A stretch of DNA of 18,529 bases. Origin: Candidatus Methylomirabilia bacterium (lineage in GTDB: Bacteria > Methylomirabilota > Methylomirabilia > Rokubacteriales > CSP1-6). Under the pieces are notes generated by a model. That model saw nothing but the letters and a program-made list of their open reading frames with translations, did no database searches and was not told where the DNA came from. The position numbers and the translations under genes are program-made. The stretch spans positions 1 through 18,529 of the forward strand of contig JBGPXN010000086.1 in assembly GCA_041492755.1 (NCBI GenBank), in the 5' to 3' direction. Shown here one piece after another: positions 1 to 7,974 of this stretch; position 1 is the first letter of the stretch, and each line of letters begins with the position of its first letter.

Positions 1-38
1 CGCCACGGGTTCCCCGGGGCGCTCCGAGCGTGGGGGGT

Positions 39-65
39 ATGGGGGGCCATATCGGGGCCCCCCAT
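39..65. repeat. REP-like GC-rich hairpin (10-bp perfect inverted repeat)
   Basis: ATGGGGGGCC (39-48), 7-nt loop ATATCGG, GGCCCCCCAT (56-65). Non-coding, with smaller palindromes just upstream (CCACG 3-7 / CGTGG 29-33, CGCTC-C-GAGCG 20-30). Confidence 0.7.
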
Positions 66-73
66 GTACTCAG

Positions 74-118
74 TCGTCGCTCGTCGCCGCCTAGCATCTG
101 ACCCTTTTTGATCGGCCT
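74..118. repeat. Partial, diverged copy (right arm) of the 123-bp palindromic element at 10635-10757
   Basis: tcgtcgc-tcgtcgccgcctagcatctg-accctttttgatcggcct aligns by eye with 10711-10756 tcgtcgcttcgtcgccgcctcgtatctggacccttctc-atcgctct, same orientation. Confidence 0.75.
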
Positions 119-177
119 CATCCGCTGTTCGCCAGCATGTTGGTAATGTCGCTTCTCGCGTCGCCATCCGGGGTCGC

Positions 178-205
178 TCAAGGGCGGGGCGGGGGAAGCC
201 GATAG
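178..205 (+). promoter_or_regulatory. Putative sigma28 (FliA/SigD) promoter
   Basis: TCAAG (178-182), N15, GCCGATAG (198-205) matches the sigma28 consensus TAAA/TCAAG-N14..16-GCCGATAA. It ends 19 nt before the ATG at 225 of an operon containing cheB. Confidence 0.65.
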
Positions 206-224
206 GGGGATGAAGGGGTAAAGA

Positions 225-2555
225 ATGATTGTCGATCTGGGACCTGATCGCCAGGGCGAGGACACCGTCGAGGAGTCCCGGCTCCGGTGGGTCGCGGACC
301 ACATCCGGCAGGTGATCTTTCACGCGGACAGACGCGGGTCGTGGACGTTTCTCAACGCCGCGTGGACGGAGATCACCGGGTTCACGGTCGAGGAGACGCT
401 CGGAACCAGCTTCCTGCGCTACGTCCATCCCGACGACCGGGTGCGCCACGCGGAGCTCTTCCAGCCCCTGAGCGAGCAGAAGACCGACTACCTCGGACTC
501 GAAGCCCGCTACCTCACCAAGGCCGGCGGCTACCGATGGGTCGAGGTCTTCGCGCGCCTGGCCGTCGACGACGTCAGCGTCATCGGCGGCATCTTCGGCA
601 CCCTGACCGACATCACCGAGCGCAAGCGCGCGGACGAGGAGCTCACGGCGGCGCGGGCGCGGCTGCACCATCTGCTCGTGTCGAGCCCGGCCGTGATCTA
701 CAGCGCGGAGGCCGGGGGCGAGTGCCCGATGACCTTCGTGAGCGAGAACATCACCCGCCTGCTCGGCTACGAAGTCCGGCAGGTGCTCGACGACCCCCGC
801 TTCTGGATCGAAAACCTCCATCCCGAGGACGCGCCGCGCATCCTCGCCAGCCGGCCCGCCCTCCACGAGGAGGGCCACCAGAGCTGGCAGTACCGCTTCC
901 GCCACCGTGACGGCTCCTACCGCTGGATCCACGACGAGCGCCGGCTCGTGCGCGACACCGCCGGCGGACCGGCCGAGATCGTCGGCTCGTGGGTGGACAT
1001 CACCGATCGCCGGCAGGTGGAGGAAGAGCGCGCGCGTCTCAGCATGGCGGTCGAGCAGGCCGGGGAGTCGATCGTCATCACCAACCCCGACGGCACCATC
1101 GTGTACGTGAACCCGGCGTTCGAGCGCGTCACCGGCATCGGCCGCCGCGACGCCGTCGGTCACCACTCGCGGATCCTCAAGAACGGCAGCCAGGACCCCG
1201 AGTTCTATCGGTCGATGTGGGCGACCCTGCAAAAGGGCGAGGTGTGGTCGGGGCGGATCAGCAACCGCCGCGTCGACGGCAGCGCGATCGAGGAAGAGAC
1301 GACGATCTCGCCGGTGCGCGATGCCAGCGGGCGGCTCGTCAACTACGTCGCCGTCATGCGCGACGTCACCCACGAGCGGCAGATGGAGGAGCAGCTTCGC
1401 CACGCCCAGAAAATGGAGGCGGTCGGGCGGTTGGCCGGCGGCGTGGCGCACGACTTCAACAACCTGCTCACCGTCATCACCGGCCGGTGCGAGCTGCTCG
1501 TCCGCCGGCACGGCGAGGCCAGCCCGCTCGCCCGCGACCTCGACCTCATCCTCAAGACGGCGCAGCGCGCGGGCGCGCTCACCCGGCAGCTGCTCGCCTT
1601 CAGCCGCAAGCAAGTGCTCGCGCCGCGCGTGGTCAGCCTCAACTCCGTGGTCGTGAACATGGAGTCGATGCTGCGCCGGCTGATCGGGGAGGACGTCGAG
1701 CTCGTCCTCGTCCCCGGCCAGGACCTGGGCCGCGTGAGGGCCGATCCCGGTCAGCTCGAGCAGGTCATCATGAACCTCGGGGTCAACGCCCGCGACGCGA
1801 TGCCCCAGGGCGGGCGACTCGTGCTCGAGACGAGCGCGGTCGACGTCGACGACGCGCTCGCGCGCCGCCACGCGGGCATGCGGCCGGGCCGCTACGTGAC
1901 GCTCGCGGTCACGGACTCCGGCTGCGGCATGCCGCCCGAGGTGCAGGCGCAGATCTTCGAGCCGTTTTTCACGACCAAGGACCCCGACAAGGGCACCGGC
2001 CTCGGCCTGTCGACGGTGTACGGCATCGTCAAGCAGAGCGGCGGCGACATCACGGTGGAGAGTGAGGTCGGGCGCGGCACCGTGTTTCGCATCTTCCTGC
2101 CCCGCATCGAGGCCCCCGTGGACCCCAGCAGTGGCGACGGCAGCCGGCCGCGACCGCGGACGGGGACGGAGACGATCCTGCTCGCCGAGGACGAGGAGGA
2201 GGTACGGAACCTGGCGCGCGAAATTCTCAAGATGGAGGGCTACACCATCATCGAGGCGCGTCACGGCAACGATGCGCTGCGCATCGCCGGCCAGCACACC
2301 GGGACGATCCACATGCTCATGACCGACGTGGTGATGCCCCAGATGGGCGGTCGTGAGCTGGTGCAAAAGCTCAGCGCGGTGCGGCCTCAGATCAAGGTCT
2401 TGTTCGTCTCCGGGTACACCGACGAGAACCTGACGCCCTCCGGCGGCTCCGGGGGCCACGCCTTCCTCCAGAAACCGTTCACCGCCGACGGCCTCTTGCG
2501 CAAGGTGCGTGACGTGCTCGATGCGCCGGCCCCGGCCCCGGCGGGAGGCCGCTGA
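225..2555 (+). CDS. Cytoplasmic hybrid sensor histidine kinase (3 PAS/PAC, HisKA, HATPase_c, REC), CckA-like architecture
   Basis: Three PAS repeats ending DITERK / DITDRR / DVTHER; H-box AGGVAHDFNNLL; N-box NLGVNARDAM; G-boxes DSGCGM, FEPFFTTK, GTGLGLS; C-terminal receiver (LAEDE, MTDVVMP, SGY, KPF). No TM segment. Purine-rich RBS upstream. Confidence 0.95.
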   Translation: MIVDLGPDRQGEDTVEESRLRWVADHIRQVIFHADRRGSWTFLNAAWTEITGFTVEETLGTSFLRYVHPDDRVRHAELFQPLSEQKTDYLGLEARYLTKAGGYRWVEVFARLAVDDVSVIGGIFGTLTDITERKRADEELTAARARLHHLLVSSPAVIYSAEAGGECPMTFVSENITRLLGYEVRQVLDDPRFWIENLHPEDAPRILASRPALHEEGHQSWQYRFRHRDGSYRWIHDERRLVRDTAGGPAEIVGSWVDITDRRQVEEERARLSMAVEQAGESIVITNPDGTIVYVNPAFERVTGIGRRDAVGHHSRILKNGSQDPEFYRSMWATLQKGEVWSGRISNRRVDGSAIEEETTISPVRDASGRLVNYVAVMRDVTHERQMEEQLRHAQKMEAVGRLAGGVAHDFNNLLTVITGRCELLVRRHGEASPLARDLDLILKTAQRAGALTRQLLAFSRKQVLAPRVVSLNSVVVNMESMLRRLIGEDVELVLVPGQDLGRVRADPGQLEQVIMNLGVNARDAMPQGGRLVLETSAVDVDDALARRHAGMRPGRYVTLAVTDSGCGMPPEVQAQIFEPFFTTKDPDKGTGLGLSTVYGIVKQSGGDITVESEVGRGTVFRIFLPRIEAPVDPSSGDGSRPRPRTGTETILLAEDEEEVRNLAREILKMEGYTIIEARHGNDALRIAGQHTGTIHMLMTDVVMPQMGGRELVQKLSAVRPQIKVLFVSGYTDENLTPSGGSGGHAFLQKPFTADGLLRKVRDVLDAPAPAPAGGR

Positions 2556-2572
2556 GCGCGCGCGCGCGCGCG
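2556..2572. repeat. (GC)8G dinucleotide microsatellite in the kinase-cheB intergenic gap
   Basis: gcgcgcgcgcgcgcgcg directly after the TGA stop and abutting GAGG upstream of cheB. Confidence 0.8.
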
Positions 2573-2584
2573 AGGCCCCTGACG

Positions 2585-3631
2585 ATGGCCACGCCCATCC
2601 GCGTGCTGGTGGTCGACGACTCGGCGCTCATGCGCCAGGTCATGGGGGAGCTGATTTCCCGTGATCCCGCGCTCGAGGTGGTCGGTACGGCGCCCGACGC
2701 CTACGTGGCCCGGACCAAGATCACCGAGCTCAGCCCCGACGTGATCACGCTCGACGTCGAGATGCCCCGCATGGACGGCCTCTCGTTCCTGGAGCGTCTC
2801 ATGCGCGCGCGGCCGATGCCGGTGGTCATGGTCTCGTCGCAAACCGAAGCCGGCTGCGCCACCACCCTGCGCGCGCTCGAGCTCGGCGCGGTGGACTTCG
2901 TCACCAAGCCGCGGCTCGACCTGCGCGAGCGGCTTCCCGAGGTGGCCCAGGAGGTCATCGAGAAGATCAAGGCGGCCGCGACGGCCCGCGTCCGTGTCCC
3001 CCGCGGCCGGCCCGCGGCGCCGGCGACCGAGCCGCGACCGTCGCCGCTGGCGACTCCCGCCGCCCACCAGGTGATCGCGGTCGGCGCGTCCACCGGAGGC
3101 ACCGAGGCGCTGCGCGAGTTCCTCGCCTCCTTGCCGCCGAACGGGCCGGGGGTGGTCGTCGTCCAGCACATGCCGGAGAAGTTCACACGCGCGTTCGCGG
3201 AGCGGCTCGACGGACTGTGCACGGTGCGGGTCAAGGAGGCCGAGGACGGCGACCGGGTGCGGCCCGGTCACGTGCTGCTCGCGCCCGGCAACCGTCACGC
3301 GCGGCTGGCGCCGAGCGTGGGCGGTTACGTCGTCCGCCTCGGCGACGATGAGCCCGTGAACCGTCACCGGCCGTCGGTCGACGTGCTGTTCGCCTCCTGT
3401 GCCGACGTCATCGGGGCGAGCGCGGTGGGCGTGATCATGACCGGCATGGGTGACGACGGCGCCCGCGGCCTGCTCCAGATGCGCCGCGCGGGCGCGGTGA
3501 CGCTCGCCCAGGACGAAGGCAGCTCGGTCGTGTTCGGCATGCCGCGGGCCGCGATCGAGATGGGCGCGGTCGACCGCGTGCTGCCGCTGGGCTCGCTCGC
3601 CGAGGCAGCGCTCGCTGGAGCCGGAGCATGA
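2585..3631 (+). CDS. cheB: Chemotaxis response regulator protein-glutamate methylesterase CheB
   Basis: N-terminal receiver (VVDDS, TLDVEMP, KP) and methylesterase catalytic triad motifs GASTGG, VQHMP, TGMGDDG; also RPSVDVLF and VVFGMP. Confidence 0.97.
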   Translation: MATPIRVLVVDDSALMRQVMGELISRDPALEVVGTAPDAYVARTKITELSPDVITLDVEMPRMDGLSFLERLMRARPMPVVMVSSQTEAGCATTLRALELGAVDFVTKPRLDLRERLPEVAQEVIEKIKAAATARVRVPRGRPAAPATEPRPSPLATPAAHQVIAVGASTGGTEALREFLASLPPNGPGVVVVQHMPEKFTRAFAERLDGLCTVRVKEAEDGDRVRPGHVLLAPGNRHARLAPSVGGYVVRLGDDEPVNRHRPSVDVLFASCADVIGASAVGVIMTGMGDDGARGLLQMRRAGAVTLAQDEGSSVVFGMPRAAIEMGAVDRVLPLGSLAEAALAGAGA

Positions 3632-3662
3632 GCACGCGCCGGCCATGGACGGAGGATCATCG

Positions 3663-5099
3663 ATGACTCGTTATGACCTGGTTGTGATCGGCTCGGGTCC
3701 CGGCGGCCACCACGCGGCCATCCAGGGCGCCAAGCTCGGCAAGTCCGTCATGGTGGTGGAGGCGCAGCCGAGCGTCGGCGGCGCCTGTCTGAACACGGGA
3801 ACGATTCCCAGCAAGACCCTGCGCGAGGTGGTGCTGGCCCTCACCCGCGCGCGCACGCGCGGGCTGGCGCCGGTGCACTCACCGGAGTCGTGGGACGTGG
3901 CCGTTCGGGAGATCCTCGCCCGCTGCCAGCAAGTGGTGCGCAAGGAGGTCGACGTCTACCGCGCGCAGTTCGCGCGCAACCGCGTGCACGTGCTCCACGG
4001 CTCGGCCTCGTTCGCGGACGTCGATCGGATCGTGGTCGATGGGTTCCACGCCCTCAGCGAGGTCGTCGCGGATCGCATCGTGATCGCCACCGGGACCGTC
4101 CCCTCGCGCTCGCCCCTGGTGCCCATCGACGGTCGCGTCATCGTGGACAGCGATTCCGTCCTCGGCCTCCGCGCGCTGCCGCGGTCGATGATCATCGTCG
4201 GCGGCGGCATCGTCGGCCTCGAGTACGCCTGCATGTTCGCCGCCCTCGGTGTCGCCGTGACCGTGGTCGATCTCCGTCCGCGGTTGCTGGAATTCGCGGA
4301 CGCGGAGATGGTGGAGGCGCTCTGCTATCAGATGCGCGACGCCGGCGTGGTGTTCCGGCTGGGCGAGGAAGTGGAGTCAGTCACGACGAGCCCGGGGGCG
4401 GGCGTGGTGGCGCACCTCCAGAGCCGCAAGCAGCTCACCGGAGACACCCTCGTCTACACCGTGGGCCGCCAGGGCAACACCGCCGCCCTCAACCTCAGCG
4501 CCGTCGGCATCGAGACCGACCCGCGCGGGCGCATTCCCGTCGACGCCCACTACCAGACCGTCGTGCCGCACGTCTACGCGGTGGGCGACGTCATCGGCTT
4601 CCCCGGTCTCGCCTCCGCCGCCATGGAGCAAGGCCGCCTCGCCGTGCGTCACGCCTTCGCGCACCCGGTCACCGAGCGTCGAGACATGGCGTTCCCCTAC
4701 GGCATCTACACGATCCCCGAGATCTCGTTCGTGGGCCGGACCGAAGCCGAGCTCACGGCGGCCGGGGTGCCGTACGAGATGGGGGTCGCGCACTATCGCG
4801 AGATCGCCCGGGGCCAGATCATGGGTGACGTCACCGGGCGGCTCAAGCTGCTCTTCCACCGCGCCACCGGCCAGCTGCTCGGCGTGCACATCATCGGCGA
4901 AGGCGCGGCCGAGCTCGTGCACATCGGCCAGACGGTGCTGGCCCACGGCGGCTCGATCGAGTACTTCGTCGACAACGTCTTCAACTATCCGACCCTGGCC
5001 GAGGCCTATAAGGTCGCCGCGCTGGCCGGGATCAACCGTCTGGCGCCGTGGATGCGCGCGCGCGACGAAGCCGAGCCCGTGCCGGCCGGGGAAGTGTAG
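3663..5099 (+). CDS. sthA: Soluble (Si-specific) NAD(P)+ transhydrogenase, flavoprotein disulfide-reductase family
   Basis: GSGPGG FAD motif; GGACLNTGTIPSKTLRE has CxxxxT instead of the CxxxxC redox disulfide; GGGIVG; PYGIYTIPEIS; C-terminal FNYPTLAEAYKVAA with Tyr instead of the catalytic His of Lpd. ATG 3663 chosen because GGAGG lies at 3651-3655; alternative ATG at 3645. Confidence 0.9.
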   Translation: MTRYDLVVIGSGPGGHHAAIQGAKLGKSVMVVEAQPSVGGACLNTGTIPSKTLREVVLALTRARTRGLAPVHSPESWDVAVREILARCQQVVRKEVDVYRAQFARNRVHVLHGSASFADVDRIVVDGFHALSEVVADRIVIATGTVPSRSPLVPIDGRVIVDSDSVLGLRALPRSMIIVGGGIVGLEYACMFAALGVAVTVVDLRPRLLEFADAEMVEALCYQMRDAGVVFRLGEEVESVTTSPGAGVVAHLQSRKQLTGDTLVYTVGRQGNTAALNLSAVGIETDPRGRIPVDAHYQTVVPHVYAVGDVIGFPGLASAAMEQGRLAVRHAFAHPVTERRDMAFPYGIYTIPEISFVGRTEAELTAAGVPYEMGVAHYREIARGQIMGDVTGRLKLLFHRATGQLLGVHIIGEGAAELVHIGQTVLAHGGSIEYFVDNVFNYPTLAEAYKVAALAGINRLAPWMRARDEAEPVPAGEV

Positions 5100-5103
5100 C
5101 CGT

Positions 5104-5403
5104 ATGCCGGCGGAGTGGCTTGCGGAAGGCGGAACGTCGTGCCTCCGGCTCTGGGGCGCCGTCGACGTCTTCGACGCCTCGATCGTTGTCGCCGGCGCGC
5201 GCGAAGCCGCCATCGGCGGTGCCGACGTCACGGTGAGCCTGGAAGCGGCGGAGTCGGTGGACACCTCCGTGACGCAGGTGCTGATCGCGCTGCGGCGCGC
5301 CCTCGGCGCTGGCGGGCGGTCGTTCCGGCTGGAGGCGCCGCCGGCGGTCGCCGCGGCCTGGCGGCGGGCCGGTCTCGCCGGCGAATTGGGGCTTGATGGC
5401 TAA
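5104..5403 (+). CDS. Small stand-alone STAS-domain (anti-sigma antagonist-like) protein, 99 aa
   Basis: ATG 4 nt after the sthA stop, in the frame of track ORF 4825-5403: MPAEW...LRLWGAVDV...VTVSLEAAESVDTSVTQVLIAL...AWRRAGL fits the STAS pattern L.G.l / v.vdl..v..vDts.lq.L / ..GL. Confidence 0.8.
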   Translation: MPAEWLAEGGTSCLRLWGAVDVFDASIVVAGAREAAIGGADVTVSLEAAESVDTSVTQVLIALRRALGAGGRSFRLEAPPAVAAAWRRAGLAGELGLDG

Positions 5404-5409
5404 TCCAGG

Positions 5410-6153
5410 CTAAGGCAACACCCAGCCGCCGTCCACCACGATCGTCTGGCCCGTGATGTAGCTGGCGGCGGCGGAGGCCAGGAAGACCGCGACGTTGGCG
5501 ATGTCCTCGGGCTGCCCGTAGCGCCCGAGCGGGATCCGCTCGAGGTGCTTGGCGTACTCGGCGGGATCCGCGAGCAGGTGGCGGTTGCTCTTGGTGAGCG
5601 TCCGCCCCGGCGCGATCGCGTTCACGCGGACTCCGGCGCGTCCCCACTCCAGCGCCGCGGTCTTGACCAGCTGCGAGATGGCCGCCTTGGCGGCGGCGTA
5701 CACCGCGCGGAACTCGGCGCCGTTGAAGACCAGCTGCGAGCTGGTGTGGATGATCACGCCCCGGCCGCGATTCACCATCTGCTTGCCGACCAGCCTGGTG
5801 AGGGCGATGGGACCGACGAGATCGACGTCGATGACTCGTCTCAGGTTGGCCCACTCGAGGTCGAGGAACGGCTCGTAGAGCAGGATTCCGGCATTGTTCA
5901 TGAGCACGTCGACGGCGCCGGCCGCCTGCACGAGGCGCTCCACGGACGCGATGTCGCCCTGGTCGAAGGTGTGCGCCTCGGCCGCGCCGAGCTCGCGCGC
6001 GATCGCGTCCAGACCCTGACCGTCGACGTCGGCGAGGACGAGCGCGGCGCCCACTCCGGCGAAGGCGCGGGCCATGCCGGCGCCGATGCCGCTGGCGGCG
6101 CCCGTGATGCACACGCGCCGGCCCTTGAAATCGAAGTGCTCGAGGTAGCCCAC
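5410..6153 (-). CDS. Classical short-chain dehydrogenase/reductase (FabG-like, probably NAD-preferring)
   Basis: TGAASGIG, acidic residue after beta2 (LADVD), NNAG, YAAAK, VRVNAIAPG, ITGQTIVVDGG. GTG start. Confidence 0.93.
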   Translation of the reverse strand: MGYLEHFDFKGRRVCITGAASGIGAGMARAFAGVGAALVLADVDGQGLDAIARELGAAEAHTFDQGDIASVERLVQAAGAVDVLMNNAGILLYEPFLDLEWANLRRVIDVDLVGPIALTRLVGKQMVNRGRGVIIHTSSQLVFNGAEFRAVYAAAKAAISQLVKTAALEWGRAGVRVNAIAPGRTLTKSNRHLLADPAEYAKHLERIPLGRYGQPEDIANVAVFLASAAASYITGQTIVVDGGWVLP

Positions 6154-6189
6154 GTCACGACCCCCGGGGTGCCGGTCGGCCCGCGCGCG

Positions 6190-7467
6190 TCAGTATCCGA
6201 ACAGGCGGGGAAGGAACGTCACCAGCGGCGGGAAGAGCATGCAGAGGAACAGCCCCGCGTACGTCACCAGGATGAACGGCCAGATGTTGACGATCAGGCG
6301 CGACAGCGGCAGCTCCCACAACGCGGAGACGACGAACAGCAAGATGCCCACCGGCGGCGTCAGCGAGCCCAGCGTGATGTTGATGATGAAGAGGAAGCCG
6401 AAGTAGATCGGGTCCAGCCCGTACGCCAGCGCGACCGGGGCCAGGATCGGCACCAGCATGATATAGGCCGCGTTGGACTCGAGGAACATGCCGACCACGA
6501 TGAGCAGCAGCATCACGAGAAAGGTGAACATCAGCGGACTGGACGTCAGCGATCGTAGAAAAACGCCGATCCGCTGGGGCAGCAGCTCGGCCGTGAAGAG
6601 GTACGTCACCATCGAGGCGAAGCCGATCAGCGCGCCCACCACCGCCGTGATGATGGCGGAATTCAGCAGGGCCGTGGGCAGGTCACGGAGCTTCAGCTTG
6701 CCGGTGACGAAGAAGCCCACGACCACCGCGTACACGACGGAGATGGCGGCGCCCTCGGTGGCGGTGAAGGCGCCGACGATGATGCCCCCGATGACCACCA
6801 CCGGCATCATGAGCACGATGAAGGAGCGCCGGACTTCGTGCCAGACGCGCCGCAGGGAGAACGGCTCGCCGGCGAGCGGGTAGCCGCGGCGCTTGGCGTA
6901 CCAGGTGCAGAGCGCCATGAGCGCGATGGCGATGACGACGCCGGGGATGAACCCGGCCAGGAAGAGGCCGGCCACCGAGACGTCGCCCGCCATGACCGCG
7001 TAGACGATCACCGCGGCGCTCGGCGGAATGATGGGGCCGAGGGTGGCGGCCGACGCGACCACGCTGGCCGCGAACTCCTTGCCGTAGGCGCGCGTCAGCG
7101 GGGGGCCGAGCATCCCGGCCAGCGCGGCCGCGTCGCCCACCGCGGTGCCGGTCATCATCGAGACGATCATCTCGGCCATGATCGTCACGTGGCACAGGCC
7201 GCCGCGCACGCGGCCGACCAGCGAGTTCGCGAGATCGAACAGCCGCTCCATGATCCCGGCCCGCAGCATGAGCTCGCCGCCCAGCGTGAACAGCGGGATG
7301 GCGATGAGGGGGAAGGAGTCGATGGCGTGGACGAGCTTGCCGGGAAGCTGGATCAGCGGCGTGCCCACCACCATGACGCCCACCACCGACGCGATGCCGA
7401 GCACGAACGAGAGCGGCATGCCGAGGATGGCCAGGATGAAGAAGGTGACGGAGACCGCGGTGATCAC
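6190..7467 (-). CDS. dctM: TRAP transporter large permease (DctM family)
   Basis: FPLIAIPLFTLGGELM, GRVRGGL, LGPIIPPS, FTATE, LTPPVG; many TM helices. True start is GTG at 7467, overlapping the dctQ stop (GTGA); the track's upstream extension to 7908 is spurious. Confidence 0.93.
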   Translation of the reverse strand: MITAVSVTFFILAILGMPLSFVLGIASVVGVMVVGTPLIQLPGKLVHAIDSFPLIAIPLFTLGGELMLRAGIMERLFDLANSLVGRVRGGLCHVTIMAEMIVSMMTGTAVGDAAALAGMLGPPLTRAYGKEFAASVVASAATLGPIIPPSAAVIVYAVMAGDVSVAGLFLAGFIPGVVIAIALMALCTWYAKRRGYPLAGEPFSLRRVWHEVRRSFIVLMMPVVVIGGIIVGAFTATEGAAISVVYAVVVGFFVTGKLKLRDLPTALLNSAIITAVVGALIGFASMVTYLFTAELLPQRIGVFLRSLTSSPLMFTFLVMLLLIVVGMFLESNAAYIMLVPILAPVALAYGLDPIYFGFLFIINITLGSLTPPVGILLFVVSALWELPLSRLIVNIWPFILVTYAGLFLCMLFPPLVTFLPRLFGY

Positions 7468-7958
7468 TCGACGGCTTCGGTCCGCGGCGTCGGCTGGCCG
7501 CGCTGGATCCACCGGAGCAGGTGCAACACGCTGTGGACGGCGGAGACAAAGAGCGCGACGTAGAAGTAGCCCACGCTCACGTCGAGCCCGGGCATCCGCT
7601 GGTCCCAGGTCGCCCGCCCGAGCACGACCGCGTAGTACGCCACGATGACCATCAGCGCCGCCATCAACACGGCGTTGAATCGGTAGACCAGTCGCCGCCA
7701 GCGCCGGTCGATGACGTCGATCAGCAGCTCGACCCCGACGTGCAGGTTCCGGCCGAGGGCGAGCGGGAGGGCGAGCAGGAGCGCGACGATGAAGCAGAAC
7801 CGCGGCACGTCCCATCCCCAGTCGAGCGACGCGTTGAGGACGTACCGGAAGAAGACCTGGACGGTGACCACGGCCGTGAGGACGGCCATGGCCGCCATCA
7901 CGACCCACGACGATACGGTGTCGACGGCGGCGAGCGCGCGGTCGTAGAGCGCCAGCAT
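7464..7958 (-). CDS. dctQ: TRAP transporter small permease (DctQ family)
   Basis: 164 aa, four TM segments, QVFFRYVLN..L.W and HVGVELL motifs; lies between dctP and dctM. Confidence 0.92.
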   Translation of the reverse strand: MLALYDRALAAVDTVSSWVVMAAMAVLTAVVTVQVFFRYVLNASLDWGWDVPRFCFIVALLLALPLALGRNLHVGVELLIDVIDRRWRRLVYRFNAVLMAALMVIVAYYAVVLGRATWDQRMPGLDVSVGYFYVALFVSAVHSVLHLLRWIQRGQPTPRTEAVE

Positions 7959-7974
7959 CCCGGCTAGCGGCGCG

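Noticed and set aside
287..2065. Alternative-frame ORFs inside the kinase gene (287-910, 989-2065), and similar Arg/Pro/Gly-rich ORFs across the window
   Set aside because: Off-frame products of GC-rich genes; low complexity, no domain signatures, fully overlapping well-supported CDSs.
3663..5099. Dihydrolipoamide dehydrogenase, mercuric reductase or glutathione reductase call
   Set aside because: Lacks the second Cys of CxxxxC and the C-terminal HPTxxE; has the SthA-type CxxxxT and NYPT.
7468..7908. N-terminal extension of DctM suggesting a DctQ-M fusion
   Set aside because: The extension is hydrophilic nonsense in another frame of dctQ; dctQ is intact and overlaps the dctM GTG in a normal GTGA coupling.
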